This document shows positions 46,144 through 55,933 of a DNA stretch of 64,000 bases, in pieces (position 1 is the first letter of the stretch; each line of letters begins with the position of its first letter). A model generated the notes under the pieces. That model was not told where the DNA came from, did not search any database, and saw nothing but the letters and a program-made list of their open reading frames with translations. The position numbers were made by a program, and so were the translations under genes. The DNA lies in the IMG/VR virus record IMGVR_UViG_3300037245_001213, positions 7,053 through 71,052 of that record; one strand, written 5' to 3'. This DNA is from a virus.

Positions 46144-47177
46144 CCTAGATCCTTTGCTCCTTTTCGCTGATAGTAGTCCACCGAGACCGACTTGAGAATC
46201 AAGCGACCTCCGAGGATATCTGAATGCCGTTCGCAAAGTGGCTTGATAACCACCCCTTCGCGACCTTTGAACTTGCAGCGGATGTTATCATCAAGGGTCA
46301 TGGTAGTTGCGCCATTAGTAGCCGTCTCTACAATCTTCTGATCAAACGGTCCACAATACATTGAATTGACAATTGGTACATTATGCTTATCAGTCCAGAT
46401 GCGGAAGTTCACATCCGACATGTACTGGCCGTCTATTGAAATATCGAAGGCCCTGAACCCGGGCACAGGTTGACCATAGTCCATGTCCTGGATGCCCTGC
46501 CCGAAGATCTCACCGAACACGATTACATTACTGCGCTTGAGGCCTGACAGTTCGCGGAGAATCGGCTCAACAATCTCCATCGGCTTCCAGTACATTGTCC
46601 GAGGGTCGCCTTCTACTCGTCTGGTCTTGTGAGAGCCCGCAACGAGTTCCCCGTCGATAATCCCAAGGCGCACGTTCGTGCCATGTATCTTTTCCGTGAT
46701 ACGCACCATTTCATCCGTGAAGACGCCTGGGTGGTTACGGATATTCTCGATTGAAGTGTACTGGTGAAAGGCATCAAGAGGCGGCAGGCAGTCGCCGCCA
46801 AGTACCCTCACAGGGGGGTGGTACTTCCTACCATCATACTGATCCGTTACATCCAAGCCATATTTACCATTTATAGGTCCTTGCAGGAACCCAAAGCTCG
46901 GGACTCCCCGCAGGCGACAGGCGCTGACCCGGCACTGGGTCTTCATCCCGTCCCCAGGGTAGACAGCGTGCTTCAGGTACTGCTTCACCCCCAGGCGCAC
47001 GGCCACATCTTCAGGGAGAAGCATATCGGGTGGGAAGTAGATGCCAGCATCACCTACCTTATATGCCCCCTTCTGGACGACTACAGTGTAGCCGAGCACC
47101 TGGACCACTTCCAGGCGATCAGCGTTAGGATGGTCCTCGACGCTGTTGATACGTTCGATGGTTATGGCAGTCTTCAC
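46140..47177 (-). CDS. ATP-dependent RNA ligase (Rnl2-like) fused to N-terminal tRNA-binding OB domain
   Basis: N-term IERINSVEDHPNADRLEVVQV...YKVGD (CsaA/Trbp111-like tRNA_bind). Ligase motifs EKIHGTN, VIVFGEIFG, RAFDISIDG, REGVVIKP. Confidence 0.65.
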   Translation of the reverse strand: MKTAITIERINSVEDHPNADRLEVVQVLGYTVVVQKGAYKVGDAGIYFPPDMLLPEDVAVRLGVKQYLKHAVYPGDGMKTQCRVSACRLRGVPSFGFLQGPINGKYGLDVTDQYDGRKYHPPVRVLGGDCLPPLDAFHQYTSIENIRNHPGVFTDEMVRITEKIHGTNVRLGIIDGELVAGSHKTRRVEGDPRTMYWKPMEIVEPILRELSGLKRSNVIVFGEIFGQGIQDMDYGQPVPGFRAFDISIDGQYMSDVNFRIWTDKHNVPIVNSMYCGPFDQKIVETATNGATTMTLDDNIRCKFKGREGVVIKPLCERHSDILGGRLILKSVSVDYYQRKGAKDLG

Positions 47178-48925
47178 GGCATTTCTCCAAGTGTCATTAG
47201 TTCAAGTCGTCGATTAGCATCTAAGATGCTGCGAATGTAAGCATCCGTAGGCAGATGGTCAATGTCCACGATAGTTGCGCCTAGGTTGTAGTCCATCCCA
47301 GGACGATGGATACGCCCCTTGGCCTGATACCGAGACTCAGGATTGAAGTCATTACTGTAGAACACAGCCATACGCGATTCAGTCAGCGTCAGCCCCATAC
47401 CACCAGACTGTGGGTGGGCTACAAACGCCACGCGTGCCGCGTCACTAGCCCAGTGGTCGAGGACTTCCACGCCATTCTTAATTCCATCCTGTCCGTACAC
47501 CTTCCAACCCCGTCCATCTACCTGCGCGACGTCCCAGCCTTGTCCAATACACAACTCACGGACACGGTCAATCGAGCCAGTGAAGCCGGCAAAGATAACG
47601 ATGCGACCTTGCTCTTCGACTTCCTCCAGCAGTTCCTTCACCACCTGGTCCTTGGGGCAAGGGATCTGGTTGGCTTCGCTCTTCATCACGTCAACGACGC
47701 CTTCTCCCTCGCAGCCATCGCAGTCTTCGTCCGTTCCGTCACACACAGGACAGGGCTTCGTCCCTACCTTGACCTGCCGGTATTGAAACCCATCAGAGAG
47801 TTCCCGTAGCCAGGTGAGAGCCTGGATAGCCGTAGGAGCAATGTCCTTCAGCGTCTTCGCCACGCGCGTTATCGTGCGCGTAGGCTTACACTCAATCACG
47901 CGGTGCTGTAACTCAGGGAGATCCAGAACGTCTTTCTTTAGGAAGGGCAACACCAGACCGTGCATACGTTCGTAAAGGTAAGACACTTCGTTAATGCTCT
48001 TTACAAAATCATGGTCCTCGGCACCGGTATGGTGCTGCCCACACACGTTACATTTGTCTTCGTCATCCAACCAAGTAACACGATCCCAATAGAATCCGTC
48101 GACCTTCATCTCTTTCTTGTATAACCCAAGCCGGAACTCAAAGGCTTTAGGTGAACCTTCACGAATGAATCCAGGGCAGGCTATTTCGCATTGACTGAAC
48201 CAGCCAAGTGGAGACTTCGGGCTTGGGGCGCCAGACATGAGCACAATGTAAGAATCATATTCCCATTCTAATCGCATGGCATCGGCCAGCCCCATTGCTG
48301 CTTGTGTTCGCTGGGATGTAGGGCCCTTTAAGCGGCTACTTTCGTCGAAGATAACGCCGTGCGGAGCCGGGTCGCCTGACTTCCAGTTCTTCATTACCTT
48401 TACAAGTCCCTGGTAGGTAAGCATCCGGGGTGTGACTTTGCAGTCCCACTTGACGAACTCACGCTCCACGGCTTTGAGAGCTGACTTAGGGCCCACCCAC
48501 CAGAAGTCATCCTGACTTGAGCGTTCCATAATCTCGATTCCGGCCACAGTTTTACCCACGCCGAGGTCAGCCGCTAAGATAAGGTGATTGTAAGTGAGGA
48601 CATGCCTGACCATGGTCTTCTGGTGTTCAAAGAGAGGGCGATCGAATTCAATATCCAGTAAGGGCTTATCAAAATGCGCATAAGGGTTTCCGCCTGTAAG
48701 GTATTCCAGTTGGAACTTGTTCCGCGCGCAGTCAGTGACCGACCACATCTTAATAGGTGGGTCTTCGCGCCCATGCCACTTCGCGCCTTTCATAGCCTTG
48801 ATCTCGTCTTTAAGCTCGTAAGGAGCTTTGAGAAACCAGATGCGACCATTACGGCGTTCAAGGATCACCGGGTACAGGTAAGTGCGCCCGTTGCTCTCCT
48901 TCATCATTTTGGTGTGTTCAACCAT
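47174..48925 (-). CDS. SNF2/DEAD-like helicase with Zn-finger inserts
   Basis: Walker A DLGVGKT, DESS box, motif VI QAKGRIHRPG; CNVCGQHH and CPVCDGTDEDCDGCEG. Confidence 0.7.
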   Translation of the reverse strand: MVEHTKMMKESNGRTYLYPVILERRNGRIWFLKAPYELKDEIKAMKGAKWHGREDPPIKMWSVTDCARNKFQLEYLTGGNPYAHFDKPLLDIEFDRPLFEHQKTMVRHVLTYNHLILAADLGVGKTVAGIEIMERSSQDDFWWVGPKSALKAVEREFVKWDCKVTPRMLTYQGLVKVMKNWKSGDPAPHGVIFDESSRLKGPTSQRTQAAMGLADAMRLEWEYDSYIVLMSGAPSPKSPLGWFSQCEIACPGFIREGSPKAFEFRLGLYKKEMKVDGFYWDRVTWLDDEDKCNVCGQHHTGAEDHDFVKSINEVSYLYERMHGLVLPFLKKDVLDLPELQHRVIECKPTRTITRVAKTLKDIAPTAIQALTWLRELSDGFQYRQVKVGTKPCPVCDGTDEDCDGCEGEGVVDVMKSEANQIPCPKDQVVKELLEEVEEQGRIVIFAGFTGSIDRVRELCIGQGWDVAQVDGRGWKVYGQDGIKNGVEVLDHWASDAARVAFVAHPQSGGMGLTLTESRMAVFYSNDFNPESRYQAKGRIHRPGMDYNLGATIVDIDHLPTDAYIRSILDANRRLELMTLGEMP

Positions 48926-49394
48926 GGTATTCCAAAAGAAAGGTTCCGTCGTCTGTAGCCTTACGTTCAAGTGTACCATTCAGGCCACGTTTGTCAAGGT
49001 CAGTGTATATCATATTGAAGATCTTCCTGGCCTCTGGGCTGGCCGAAGCCCTACAACCCCGCTTAACAGCATGGTGCCACTCTGAGAGTGGTCCGGTTAT
49101 AATCATTGCCAGGATGCCCCGAGCCACAGTGTCAGTCACAATATGGGGCATCCCCGCCAACTGCACGATCTCAGGTACGTCGCGTTCATCAACCGCGATT
49201 AGGTAGGCTAATGTGTAGAATGCCTCTACATCATCCATGCCACCTTCTACCAATCCCGCGATGCACAACATATTGTGGACCTCTTTGGTCAATGCTGTGT
49301 CATCCGAGATGCCCCTGCCCAGCGCCTTGCGGGCAATAGGCAGGAAGGTGTCAAGGTCAAATGCAGAGAACATGATTAACTGAACAGCGTTCAC
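48918..49394 (-). CDS. hypothetical protein
   Basis: ORF. Confidence 0.45.
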   Translation of the reverse strand: MNAVQLIMFSAFDLDTFLPIARKALGRGISDDTALTKEVHNMLCIAGLVEGGMDDVEAFYTLAYLIAVDERDVPEIVQLAGMPHIVTDTVARGILAMIITGPLSEWHHAVKRGCRASASPEARKIFNMIYTDLDKRGLNGTLERKATDDGTFLLEYHG

Positions 49395-49624
49395 TAATAC
49401 ACCTCTCGAATCATTGATGCGACCTCGGAAGCAGCGTTTGTTACGCGGCGAGCGTGCTCGTCCAAATCTCGCTCAAGAACACGCAGGGAGTTCTTAGACA
49501 GGTTGACCAAATCTTCTGCCAGAAGGTCGTCGGTCTTCAGCGCCCCGGAGACTGCCTGGAAGTGGGAGTCAGACAGGATGGTGAAGGACAGTTTTAGACG
49601 ATCACGGATCTCTTGAGTGTTCAT
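49394..49624 (-). CDS. hypothetical protein
   Basis: ORF. Confidence 0.45.
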   Translation of the reverse strand: MNTQEIRDRLKLSFTILSDSHFQAVSGALKTDDLLAEDLVNLSKNSLRVLERDLDEHARRVTNAASEVASMIREVY

Positions 49625-49977
49625 TTTACTTCCTGTGGGTTATTGGCCAAAATAGTTTTACCGTTGCAAGTCAAAGTTCCCATAGCTAGCTGTGTGATCT
49701 TAATTGATCCGATGCAGGTGCCTAAGACTTCACACTCAAGTGTCTGGCCTCTCAACGGTAAACCATACGAAAGTACCAACTCGATCATATCATCATAAAC
49801 AAGATTCACATCGCAGGTTAATGCAGGTGGTTTAGTAAACTCATGTCGACAACGCTCTTCGAGTTTATTAACCACTTCGCTGTCCACGGGACGCCCAATA
49901 AATAGCCTTGACCAAGAAGACTGCTTGCCTACTTTGATTTCGACCGAATATATAAGAGTTCTCGCTTGTTTACTCAT
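49621..49977 (-). CDS. hypothetical protein
   Basis: Internal start MSKQARTLIY. Confidence 0.4.
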   Translation of the reverse strand: MSKQARTLIYSVEIKVGKQSSWSRLFIGRPVDSEVVNKLEERCRHEFTKPPALTCDVNLVYDDMIELVLSYGLPLRGQTLECEVLGTCIGSIKITQLAMGTLTCNGKTILANNPQEVK

Positions 49978-50294
49978 TTTGGCTCCAATAATGTATCCAT
50001 ATGTTTTACGACTTCGGCAAACACACAACAGCCCCTGGTCAATTCCTTCATATCAATCGATATAGGAACTCCGGCTTCGCGCAACTTAATGATGGCCCCT
50101 AGACGTGTAGCCACATCATGGCAGTAATCAATGTACAGAGTGTAGTCTACTTTAAGGAAGTCACCTGTATCCGGAGTTTCCAGATTAGTTAAACCTCTAC
50201 CAAGGACGGTGTTTATCAGTGCGATGTTCTTAGGGTACTCTTTTGCGGGTACTTCCATGCGCATCAATACCTGCTCTTTCAATCTCTCAGCCAT
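49974..50294 (-). CDS. hypothetical protein
   Basis: ORF. Confidence 0.45.
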   Translation of the reverse strand: MAERLKEQVLMRMEVPAKEYPKNIALINTVLGRGLTNLETPDTGDFLKVDYTLYIDYCHDVATRLGAIIKLREAGVPISIDMKELTRGCCVFAEVVKHMDTLLEPK

Positions 50295-50490
50295 TTACCC
50301 ACTTTCTCCAATTCCAAAACGCAATTATCAGCATAACACCATCGATGAACACCACAGCCCACAACCCATTAGACACACCATACCAAGTCCAGCAGACATT
50401 GCCTGCTATGCTCCAGGCCCAACCGTCGTGGTGCTTACCACCAAGGCGGTACATGGAGGTTATCAGTAAGGCATTTCCCAACCAGGCCAT
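50287..50490 (-). CDS. small membrane protein
   Basis: Trp-rich hydrophobic ORF. Confidence 0.4.
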   Translation of the reverse strand: MAWLGNALLITSMYRLGGKHHDGWAWSIAGNVCWTWYGVSNGLWAVVFIDGVMLIIAFWNWRKWVNG

Positions 50491-50807
50491 TAGGCTGTCA
50501 CTTTCTCTTTGTTGTCACCTTCAACGTTCCCTAACCACATTGCGTCGAACGCTACCATGGCGGCCGAGGGGGACTCCCCACACCCTACAGCGTCTTCACA
50601 GATACCTGAGGTGCAAACCCATTGGAGTCCATCGTGTGTCAAGTTGATCGGATACATGTGACAAGGACGAAGCTTGTTCATCTCGACGATCCACTTTGCT
50701 TCGGCGAGTTTCAACTGCGCCTGCATCTCTTGATTCTTGAGAATCTGGAGTTGAACATCTGTGTCAATAGAGTCACCCTGATTAGTAAGAAATTTCATTA
50801 AGCTCAT
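50490..50807 (-). CDS. hypothetical protein
   Basis: ORF. Confidence 0.45.
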   Translation of the reverse strand: MSLMKFLTNQGDSIDTDVQLQILKNQEMQAQLKLAEAKWIVEMNKLRPCHMYPINLTHDGLQWVCTSGICEDAVGCGESPSAAMVAFDAMWLGNVEGDNKEKVTA

Positions 50808-50863
50808 TTTATGTACCTATAGAAAATGAGGGCGCGACATCCCTGCCGCACCCTCTATACTCC

Positions 50864-51532
50864 CTAGCGTGCCCGTTTGGTCGCAGGTTCTTCTGCGACT
50901 TCCGGACCTTCATCAGGGTTATTGAACTTGTCAATCTGCTTGACAACCTCGTCCATGTCGGGGCCACCAGTGAGGGGCTCCGAACAAGCAACAACTACCG
51001 GCACATGCCAGGAGAAGTCTTTACCCTTCTTGTACTTAATCTTCAGAGTCAACGCCGAGGCGGGGCTCTTCGGACGAGGCAAGAAAGGTTCGACCTTACC
51101 GGCTTCGGCGCGACCAGAGGCGTTGCCGAAGTACAGTTCGTACAACTTCTCAGTCTTGCGTTCAAGAACCAAGAACGAACGGCCCCACATACATCCAGTG
51201 TTCTTAGGGGCATCCTTAATCCGCTTGAACTCGTCCGACTCTTTGTCGTATACCGAGATGATGTTGTCACGATCAGACACATCCAGTGCCTTATCGCGGA
51301 CAGCAAGCGGAATGATGTCGACCTCAGGTCCAAGGTCAGCGCACTCGTCGCCAGTAGGAACTCCCCAACGACCTGGGGGAACCTTACCAGTATCAACATA
51401 CTTACCCTTTGAGATAAGTTGGAGGCGAGGCAGGAAGTTAGCGTTCGTTGAGACTTTCTCAAGAGCGTTAATCTGCTCGTCGCTGACTACTGGAAGTTGG
51501 GCGGCGGTGAAAGGTACGATTGCATTACCCAT
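50864..51532 (-). CDS. hypothetical protein
   Basis: 222-aa ORF with RBS. Confidence 0.5.
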   Translation of the reverse strand: MGNAIVPFTAAQLPVVSDEQINALEKVSTNANFLPRLQLISKGKYVDTGKVPPGRWGVPTGDECADLGPEVDIIPLAVRDKALDVSDRDNIISVYDKESDEFKRIKDAPKNTGCMWGRSFLVLERKTEKLYELYFGNASGRAEAGKVEPFLPRPKSPASALTLKIKYKKGKDFSWHVPVVVACSEPLTGGPDMDEVVKQIDKFNNPDEGPEVAEEPATKRAR

Positions 51533-52433
51533 TGGTAATCTCCGTGGTTAAGTTTTCTAAAAGCGTTCGATTGTCTTTCCTACGCTGCACGTAAGAAATT
51601 TTACGTTTGCCCGCACGGGCACTTTTCACATTCTGCTCTTCCAGTGATTCTGGGTCAAGGTGATAGAGCCACGCCATGCAGCAACGCCACCCATCTGAGG
51701 GCGTCACTGCTTCCAAGCGTTTCAGAACCTTCACTTCATTGTGATGCGTCCTGACTTCCTCTTTAAGCTCTTTCCATCCTCTAAAATATCCTGTCGTGTT
51801 ATAGGAACTATGTTCACTCCATTTAGTCCTATCTTGCTGACTACACATGCGCCAATCCCTCAGCGCTTTCCTTGTCATGTCTTGGAACTCAATGACCTTA
51901 CAGGTGACGGCAAAGGTTAAGAAATTAGGCTGCAACTCTCTCGGCAGCTTTGACAATGCTACCGCGTTACATAATGTTATCTCATTCCTGTCTACCATCT
52001 CCCGGGCCGTCTTTGACAGACGGCTAAGGCCCATGACTCTCCTGACCCATTGAACGTTCTTGTTAATGTGTACGGACAGTTCTACGAGAGACATACTTTT
52101 GCTATCCAGTATGGCGTTAATCCTCGTTGAGTATTCGACCATCGAAGTCTCGGGACGCAGAGCCTGCGTCTTTAACTGAATGACCATTACTTCCTCGTCT
52201 GTGAACTCTCGCAACAGACAAGGAATCTCAACCAGGCCCGCATCCTTCGCGGCATGGTATCGCCAGTTTCCCTCTACGACTACATAACGTCCCTCCTTCT
52301 GACGAATCAGAATTGGTTGGAGTATGCCATCTCTCTTGATGGAGTCTACAAGCTCGTAGTAGTCGACGCTGTGTCTACGCACCGGTCGAAGTTGAATCTT
52401 TGGTGCATCGATGTCGGCGAGTTTTACAAGCAT
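51525..52433 (-). CDS. ParB-like nuclease domain protein (second copy)
   Basis: DGILQPILIRQKEGRYVVVEGNWRYHAAKDAG. Confidence 0.55.
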   Translation of the reverse strand: MLVKLADIDAPKIQLRPVRRHSVDYYELVDSIKRDGILQPILIRQKEGRYVVVEGNWRYHAAKDAGLVEIPCLLREFTDEEVMVIQLKTQALRPETSMVEYSTRINAILDSKSMSLVELSVHINKNVQWVRRVMGLSRLSKTAREMVDRNEITLCNAVALSKLPRELQPNFLTFAVTCKVIEFQDMTRKALRDWRMCSQQDRTKWSEHSSYNTTGYFRGWKELKEEVRTHHNEVKVLKRLEAVTPSDGWRCCMAWLYHLDPESLEEQNVKSARAGKRKISYVQRRKDNRTLLENLTTEITNG

Positions 52434-52535
52434 TGCTTCCCCTTACATATTACATGTCCTGAAGCAAACCCGGTTCTGTGCCGACAATCTTGAGGAATAG
52501 TGAGGAAAGTTTAATGAGGTTTATTTGCAACGCCC

Positions 52536-52964
52536 GGTTAGAAACAGGTTTAGTTCTGCGCTAGAACTAACCCGTGTCAAGTACAGGTAAGGTAAGGACT
52601 TACGCGAAGGGTTAGAAACAGGGTTAGTTCTAGATTCTAAAACTAACCCAGTTAAGTTCAGGGCAGATAAAGACTTAGATGCCCCAGGTTAGTTCTAGCC
52701 TCCAAAATCCAAAAGAGTTCCTCCGATGAAGTCTCTCTAAAATATTTCTGATCGCATGTGTAGTTTTCGGAAAAAGGGGCAAAACTAACCTCAAAAGTCG
52801 TAAGTCTGTGTTTGCCTTGCACTTATCGATTTTCAAAACTAACCCTGTTTCTAACCCTATAATCGAACCTTTGGCGTAAGCCCTTTGAGGTCCCCACTTA
52901 GCTGGGTTAGTTTTAGCACTTGGGCGACCGGCTAGAACTAACCTCAAAAGGCTAAAACTAACCC
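52536..52964. repeat. iteron array: 10 or more copies of AACTAACC(C)/GGGTTAGTT in both orientations, including three 22-bp units GGTTAGAAACAGGKTTAGTTCT
   Basis: 22-bp units at 52536-52557 and 52610-52631, inverted copy at 52837-52856. Palindrome GTTAGTTCTgcgctAGAACTAAC at 52549-52571. Further cores near 52641, 52688, 52781, 52906, 52932, 52954. Confidence 0.85.
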
Positions 52965-53173
52965 GAACCCGTACCTATGGGGGGTTTTGATGACTTTAAT
53001 CAACGACATCTGTATCGTGTATCCTTTTGACTACACCCCTCACTATGAGGTACTAGACCCCCAGAGGTGGGACGACACAGATGTCGTATGTTACATTTCA
53101 CCTCATTCACTTTGCCGAGAATTTCCGACCGAAACCGGAAATGCTTCAGGAGAGGGAATGTAGGAGGAAACTT

Positions 53174-55933
53174 ATGAGCAATTCGACTATCTGGGAAGCG
53201 TGTAAGTTGTATGGCACGCATCTACTGAAGACACACAATAACCCTGCCTTGTTCTCGGCCTGGCTCGACGACTATGATGATCTTGAGACTCAACTTCTGT
53301 GCGACTCGAACGGAGACAAGGTAGAAGGTACAGCACGATTCACGGACGGAGAACAGGAGTGGGGTCCAATCAGATGGCCCTACAAGGCCCGCACGCCTAA
53401 TCCGGAGTGGAGGGACCGTCCACGCAAGTTCCTGTTTGATGAACACCTGACGGCCATCGGGTCCACTGGATGGAACTGGGTGACAAAGGAGTCCTGGTGG
53501 CTGGGGTATGACTTCGACGAGTTGACCGGTCACGCAGAGGGAGTAGGGGTTTCGGACGAGGATCTAGAGAAGGTGGTGCGCGCCGCACCCGACTTCGTTG
53601 ATGTGATCCGGTCCACTCGCGGGGGCGGGAAACACCTTTATATCCGCTTCAAAGATCCCTTTCCTAAGACCGAAACGCACGTCGAACACGCCGCGCTGGC
53701 GCGAGCCTTCCTGCCCGTAATGTCTGCTGCCGCTGGGTTTGACTTCTCGGCCAAGATGGATGTGTGCGGGATGATTCTTTGGGTCTGGCACAAGGATGCC
53801 ACGGCTGAGAACAAGGGCTTCACCCCCATTAGGCCTGCTACACGTACCCTCACAATCGCTGACGTGCCTCCTAACTGGAGGGACCACCTAGAGGTCGTCA
53901 CTGGGAAGCGTACACGCGTGAAGGTCAGAGGATGGACACCAGAGGGCCAGACGGACGGGGACGAACTTGACGACGAGACCCTGTCCTATGCTGTTATCCC
54001 GCTGGACGACGTCCACCAGAGGATTCTGGATGACCTGGAGACCAGTGGGTACAGTTTCTCATGGGTATTTGATCACCATTTGGCACAGACCCACACCCAG
54101 GCCTTGAAGAAGGTCCACACGGATTGGGCCGAAGCCGGGTATCCGATGAAGGGACCGTTCGATACAACCTCTCCGGGAGATGATGCGAAATACAACGCCT
54201 ATATGAGGCCAAGATCCAATGGTGGCTGGGACGTGTTCCGGTTCGGCAAGGTAGCTGAGCACCCACTGTGGGACGATTTCAACGGAAAGACCCACGTCAC
54301 CTTCAATTGCCCACCTTCCCTGAGACAGGGAATCCTGGCGGCCGGAGGCATTGAATGTGCAGACCTGAAGGCAGGGTTCCAGTTGAACTCGGCCGAGGAC
54401 CTGCATCAGGCTCTGGCCCACCTGGGCTCTGACTTTGTACTACCTGAGCGCGGGGAGCGAGATAGAACGTACTCGTTGAAGAGTCGCCCGGGGGATCGCC
54501 GCCTGGTGGTCACCATGTGCCGCTTGAAGAGTGACAGGGATGATGAGTTCCCAGGGTGGGAGCGGAAAACTAATCAGTGGGTCAAGTTGCTGGATGACTG
54601 CTCGGAGAGCCCTCAAGACGAAGACAGGCTGATGGCCTACTGGGATAACCGTGTACGAGTCATCAAATCGTCCACTATGGCTGAGACTGGGAACGTGTCA
54701 GGAGAGTTTGAGAATTGGTTGCTTCGCGACGCGTCGAACAAGTGGGTACGTCACCCTAAGGACCACGTTGGGCTTATCATTGGAGGGGGTGGGGTGCAAG
54801 TGAATATCGCCGCCCAGATCCTTGGGTGGGCCATCAATAATGCGTGGAGCAGAGTGAACAAACCTTTTGAGCCCGAGTATCCAGGAGGACGGGAATGGAA
54901 CTACGCGGCTGCTCAGTTGGCCTTTGATCCCTCTATTATGCGTGATGGCGAGTTCCCTAACCACCCTCACTGGGATGCGGTGTTCAATCATTGTGGCGCA
55001 GATCTTGACCATTATATAAAAGAGTTAGAGTGGTGTAAAGAGTGGCAAATCCAACGGGGTGGGGATTACCTGCGAGCGTGGACTGCTGCTCTGCTCCGCT
55101 TCCCTTACTCTCGGCTCCCTTACCTGTTCATGTACAGTGCTGAGCAAAACACTGGTAAGAGTACCTTCCATGAAGCGATAACCCTGCTCATTACAACCGG
55201 GGTAGTCAAAGCCGATCAGGCGTTGGTCAGTAGTGGTGACTTCAATGGCGAGTTGGCAAACGCCGTTCTAGGTATCATAGACGAGACTGACATTGCAAAG
55301 CAAGGGATGACGGCTTATAACAAGGTGAAGGAATGGACAACCGGACTTAATCTGTCTATCCATGCTAAGTATGGGCAGGTCTACGATCAGCCTAATACGT
55401 TACACTTGATTCAGACTTCAAATAATCGTAGCGCACTGCCGGTGTTTGAAGGCGACTCAAGAATCACTGCTTTAGAGGTGCCAACTATCAAAGAGGAAAT
55501 TGGAAAGGATGAACTAAGAGCCAAGCTGATTGAGGAAGCACCTCACTTCATGCGAACTCTGATGGACACACCTCTTCCAAAGATGCCTAGTCGTTTACGA
55601 GTGCCTGTGATTGAGACGGATACTAAAACTGAGGCTGTGGCGGCTCGTCGAGATGCCTTAGAGGATTTTGTTGCTACGCACTGTTCCTACGCACCTGGAG
55701 AGGCACTTACCTTCAAGGAGTTTCAGGAAGCCTTTGTGGACACCTTGGATAAGCATGAACTTAAAGAATGGGGCAAACACAATATCAAACAGAGCATGGC
55801 TCTCAAATACCCGATCGGAGTATGGAGTAAGAACACCAGATATGTTGGAAACATTGTGCTGGGCGACCCAGTAAAAGAGACGGGCGAAATCTTCACCCTC
55901 AGTGGAACTAAACTTATCAAGGAGAAGAAATGA
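53174..55933 (+). CDS. bifunctional AEP primase-polymerase / SF3 (D5-like) helicase
   Basis: WLGYDFDE (DxD), RSTRGGGKHLY (sGxH), Walker A NTGKST, Walker B IIDETD. Start at ATG 53174 with RBS GGAGGAAACTT (track ORF 53081). Confidence 0.75.
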   Translation: MSNSTIWEACKLYGTHLLKTHNNPALFSAWLDDYDDLETQLLCDSNGDKVEGTARFTDGEQEWGPIRWPYKARTPNPEWRDRPRKFLFDEHLTAIGSTGWNWVTKESWWLGYDFDELTGHAEGVGVSDEDLEKVVRAAPDFVDVIRSTRGGGKHLYIRFKDPFPKTETHVEHAALARAFLPVMSAAAGFDFSAKMDVCGMILWVWHKDATAENKGFTPIRPATRTLTIADVPPNWRDHLEVVTGKRTRVKVRGWTPEGQTDGDELDDETLSYAVIPLDDVHQRILDDLETSGYSFSWVFDHHLAQTHTQALKKVHTDWAEAGYPMKGPFDTTSPGDDAKYNAYMRPRSNGGWDVFRFGKVAEHPLWDDFNGKTHVTFNCPPSLRQGILAAGGIECADLKAGFQLNSAEDLHQALAHLGSDFVLPERGERDRTYSLKSRPGDRRLVVTMCRLKSDRDDEFPGWERKTNQWVKLLDDCSESPQDEDRLMAYWDNRVRVIKSSTMAETGNVSGEFENWLLRDASNKWVRHPKDHVGLIIGGGGVQVNIAAQILGWAINNAWSRVNKPFEPEYPGGREWNYAAAQLAFDPSIMRDGEFPNHPHWDAVFNHCGADLDHYIKELEWCKEWQIQRGGDYLRAWTAALLRFPYSRLPYLFMYSAEQNTGKSTFHEAITLLITTGVVKADQALVSSGDFNGELANAVLGIIDETDIAKQGMTAYNKVKEWTTGLNLSIHAKYGQVYDQPNTLHLIQTSNNRSALPVFEGDSRITALEVPTIKEEIGKDELRAKLIEEAPHFMRTLMDTPLPKMPSRLRVPVIETDTKTEAVAARRDALEDFVATHCSYAPGEALTFKEFQEAFVDTLDKHELKEWGKHNIKQSMALKYPIGVWSKNTRYVGNIVLGDPVKETGEIFTLSGTKLIKEKK

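Noticed and set aside
52536-52964. Possible CRISPR array
   Set aside because: Repeats are only 8-22 bp, irregularly spaced, present in both orientations and partially palindromic; no cas genes. Iterons fit better
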